Origin: a virus
Lineage: Duplodnaviria > Caudoviricetes
DNA: 25,962 nt
IMG/VR virus record: IMGVR_UViG_3300046782_000832
Coordinates: 1-25,962 of that record
Strand: one strand, 5' to 3'
The position numbers and the translations under genes are program-made. Shown one piece after another: positions 25,301 through 25,962 of the stretch. The stretch's first letter is position 1. The number at the start of each line of letters is the position of its first letter. Below the pieces are notes generated by a model that saw only the letters and a list, made by a program, of their open reading frames with translations, was not told the DNA's origin and did no database searches.

Positions 25301-25704
25301 ACCTCGAGACGATCGCGCGCGCCGCCGAGATCGAAGGCCGGCTACCGCCGCCGAAAGGCGCGGCCGAAGCGCCCACGACGGCGAGCTCGGTCGTCGAGGG
25401 CCTGACGGGTTCCGGCATCCCCAGCGTGCTCAACAAGGCTTTCGCCTTCATGAGCGGACGTGTCCCGAAGGGCTATCTGTCGGCCGACATAGGCTTGCGC
25501 GTTCTGAACAATTTTTCCGAGAAGGAAGCCGCGCGGGCCTGGCGAGAAGCGCTGTTCAATCCCGACATAGCACGTACCATCGCCGATGGCGTGCGCAACG
25601 GCAAGGCGACGCCGATGCAGCAGCAGAAGCTGAAGAGCTATTTGCTGCAGGCGCCGGGGAACACGATCGAGGACATCAAGCGTCGTCAGGAAGAGGCGCA
25701 ATGA
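22342..25704 (+). CDS. Large putative ejection/DNA-transfer protein (gp16-like position)
   Basis: 1120 aa; no Cys; Gly-rich hydrophobic helices in the N-terminal third and a long helical C-terminal part. Last gene before the endolysin. Confidence 0.7.
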   Translation: MAGLFDDLVAPGAPAVPAAAPPRTTGLFDDLVAPNAKPQVPLPQGAVPVPSTPAAQPGFGLIDAAAQADKADAAGGYKRGEIDPLTDKPVERPFEFGRTGMAALEGANRAAASMLLAPSAAGHVIGAQLAKLLGLPAPFDQPAAAYQELINRDPVQPENVYERGAMRGGNQAMLNLPLAAAAPAFGAALTASRTTPFWEMPIWKQAATTVAETGAAKPGSFVAGDVAANIGSGVGAEVGKENLGTGGELIGGALGGVLPAAYPKWISPTGIIARAVAKVAPGIVDAAAGSVPGVAERGILATQYANREGVFADPAVPNPNSGSWVKEALAAAAERQSAKLQSRVAGNLSQAQAAPGAQGNLDEAAALRQQIPGFNPSVAKSMNSQPLLNMEQTLGQTATGDELTALRARGAENAAAINAFGGGRVPPVQGAAPADQQVIDLLTRQAQAADRAAAQGPATIENQIRDATAALPERPVFQTGEQIRGATDVAERAMNAQVQARRAAIDPTGTFREPTTNLYNAIVGRLNNIGTDLTDAVIPPKVREILGNVRPQAILDAQGNPAGRVAPTYDINSLLTAREQVGQRLRTLQAGNQPASMSGADTLRAVRDAIDAEVERISQAPTPGPQAPQAPVPGLPAPQERISGPQAPAAAVDPMRQAGFKFATDYLARLKSVSQEDLQNLIADAEKQVVRHARTEAESQQYRQGLTDVYRKALADAQGAPSGATPGGPDVPTVTPTARGAAPGAPLPPEQPSTIQSRLADYNQFYREQYVPRFRQDLGAELGKNRASGQEAIKSEDIAPRLLAPNAVSEMRQFNLIHGEDPAARDTVINAALDDIRRTSVGPNGMLNPDAVTAWTKAHSRILDEAPWLREAVAGRDPSQLYQRLGEAEAARRATADQNLTSMLGKQPHEVIDAGLKDPRTMQQLAANARAAGPDAEAALRRAVWERATGAGGGEDSALPDPTKLRKFMTDNAPSLSHVLSPEHMSDLETIARAAEIEGRLPPPKGAAEAPTTASSVVEGLTGSGIPSVLNKAFAFMSGRVPKGYLSADIGLRVLNNFSEKEAARAWREALFNPDIARTIADGVRNGKATPMQQQKLKSYLLQAPGNTIEDIKRRQEEAQ
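22348..22443 (+). repeat. Coding direct repeat, GLFDDLVAP x2
   Basis: 22348-22374 and 22417-22443 encode the identical 9-mer and differ only at synonymous positions. Confidence 0.9.
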
Positions 25705-25962
25705 GCACTATCCATGCTTTAGACATCTCCCACTATCAAGACGTGCATTCGTTCAACGACGTGCGCGCCACCGGCGTCGTCGGCATCATCCAGAAAGCCA
25801 CTGAGGGTACCAGCTACTACGATCCGACCTACGCCGACCGCATGAGCAAAGCGCTCGATGCTGGGCTGAAGTGGAGCGCCTATCACTTCCTGCGCCACGG
25901 CAGCGTGGGGAACCAAATGGATTGGTTCTGCAACAAGTCCAAGTTCCCCAAGGGATCGCGCG
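25701..25962 (+). CDS. Endolysin, glycoside hydrolase family 25 muramidase (3'-truncated); not in ORF track
   Basis: ATGA overlap and GAGG RBS. Translation MSTIHALDISHYQ...IIQKATEGTSYYDPTY...WSAYHFL carries the GH25 D-I-S-x-Y-Q, KATEG and YHF motifs. Open to the window end. Confidence 0.92.
   Translation, partial: MSTIHALDISHYQDVHSFNDVRATGVVGIIQKATEGTSYYDPTYADRMSKALDAGLKWSAYHFLRHGSVGNQMDWFCNKSKFPKGSR

Noticed and set aside
18778-25704. Virion-associated lytic transglycosylase in the ejection proteins
   Set aside because: No E-S...G-L-[MF]-Q or other peptidoglycan hydrolase motif recognised by eye; a profile search would be needed to exclude it.
25719-25916. Minus-strand 65-aa ORF from the track
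   Set aside because: Antisense shadow of the clear GH25 endolysin on the plus strand.
1-25962. Genome-wide stop-codon recoding (TAG=Gln type)
   Set aside because: Genes are intact in code 11 and tile the window. Each TAG falls at a plausible gene end followed by a start codon. Only partial read-through remains possible.
1-25962. tRNA, CRISPR array, IS/integrase, introns
   Set aside because: No intergenic gap exceeds ~60 nt, and no regular repeats or recombinase/transposase motifs were seen.

Overview
A high-GC, entirely plus-strand, tightly packed late (virion) operon of a tailed dsDNA phage with podovirus-type architecture. It has no tape-measure, tube or sheath gene, but has an adaptor, a nozzle and large Ala/Gln-rich internal 'ejection' proteins. 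Order: a cluster of 4-5 fibre/spike genes (<1-6693), terminase large subunit, a small Met-Cys protein, portal, scaffold, major capsid, probable decoration protein, a cluster of small proteins incl. a 2-TM membrane protein, adaptor, nozzle, a GNAT-like protein, four putative ejection proteins, and the start of a GH25 endolysin (25701->end). Two genes missing from the ORF track were added (2574-2747 and 25701->25962), plus a probable nested in-frame gene (14794-14940). Most notable: (1) the five putative ejected proteins (~2390 aa) contain only three cysteines, all at residue 2, and sit next to a GNAT-fold gene, suggesting a phage-encoded N-terminal Cys acylation or sorting system; (2) all five TAG-ending genes are in frame with the next gene while all 15 TGA-ending genes are out of frame, giving a 6.9-kb single-frame chain; (3) the receptor-binding genes are mosaic, with inserted domains. 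All calls come from motif recognition and synteny by eye; no searches were run. No RNA genes, CRISPR arrays or mobile elements were seen.
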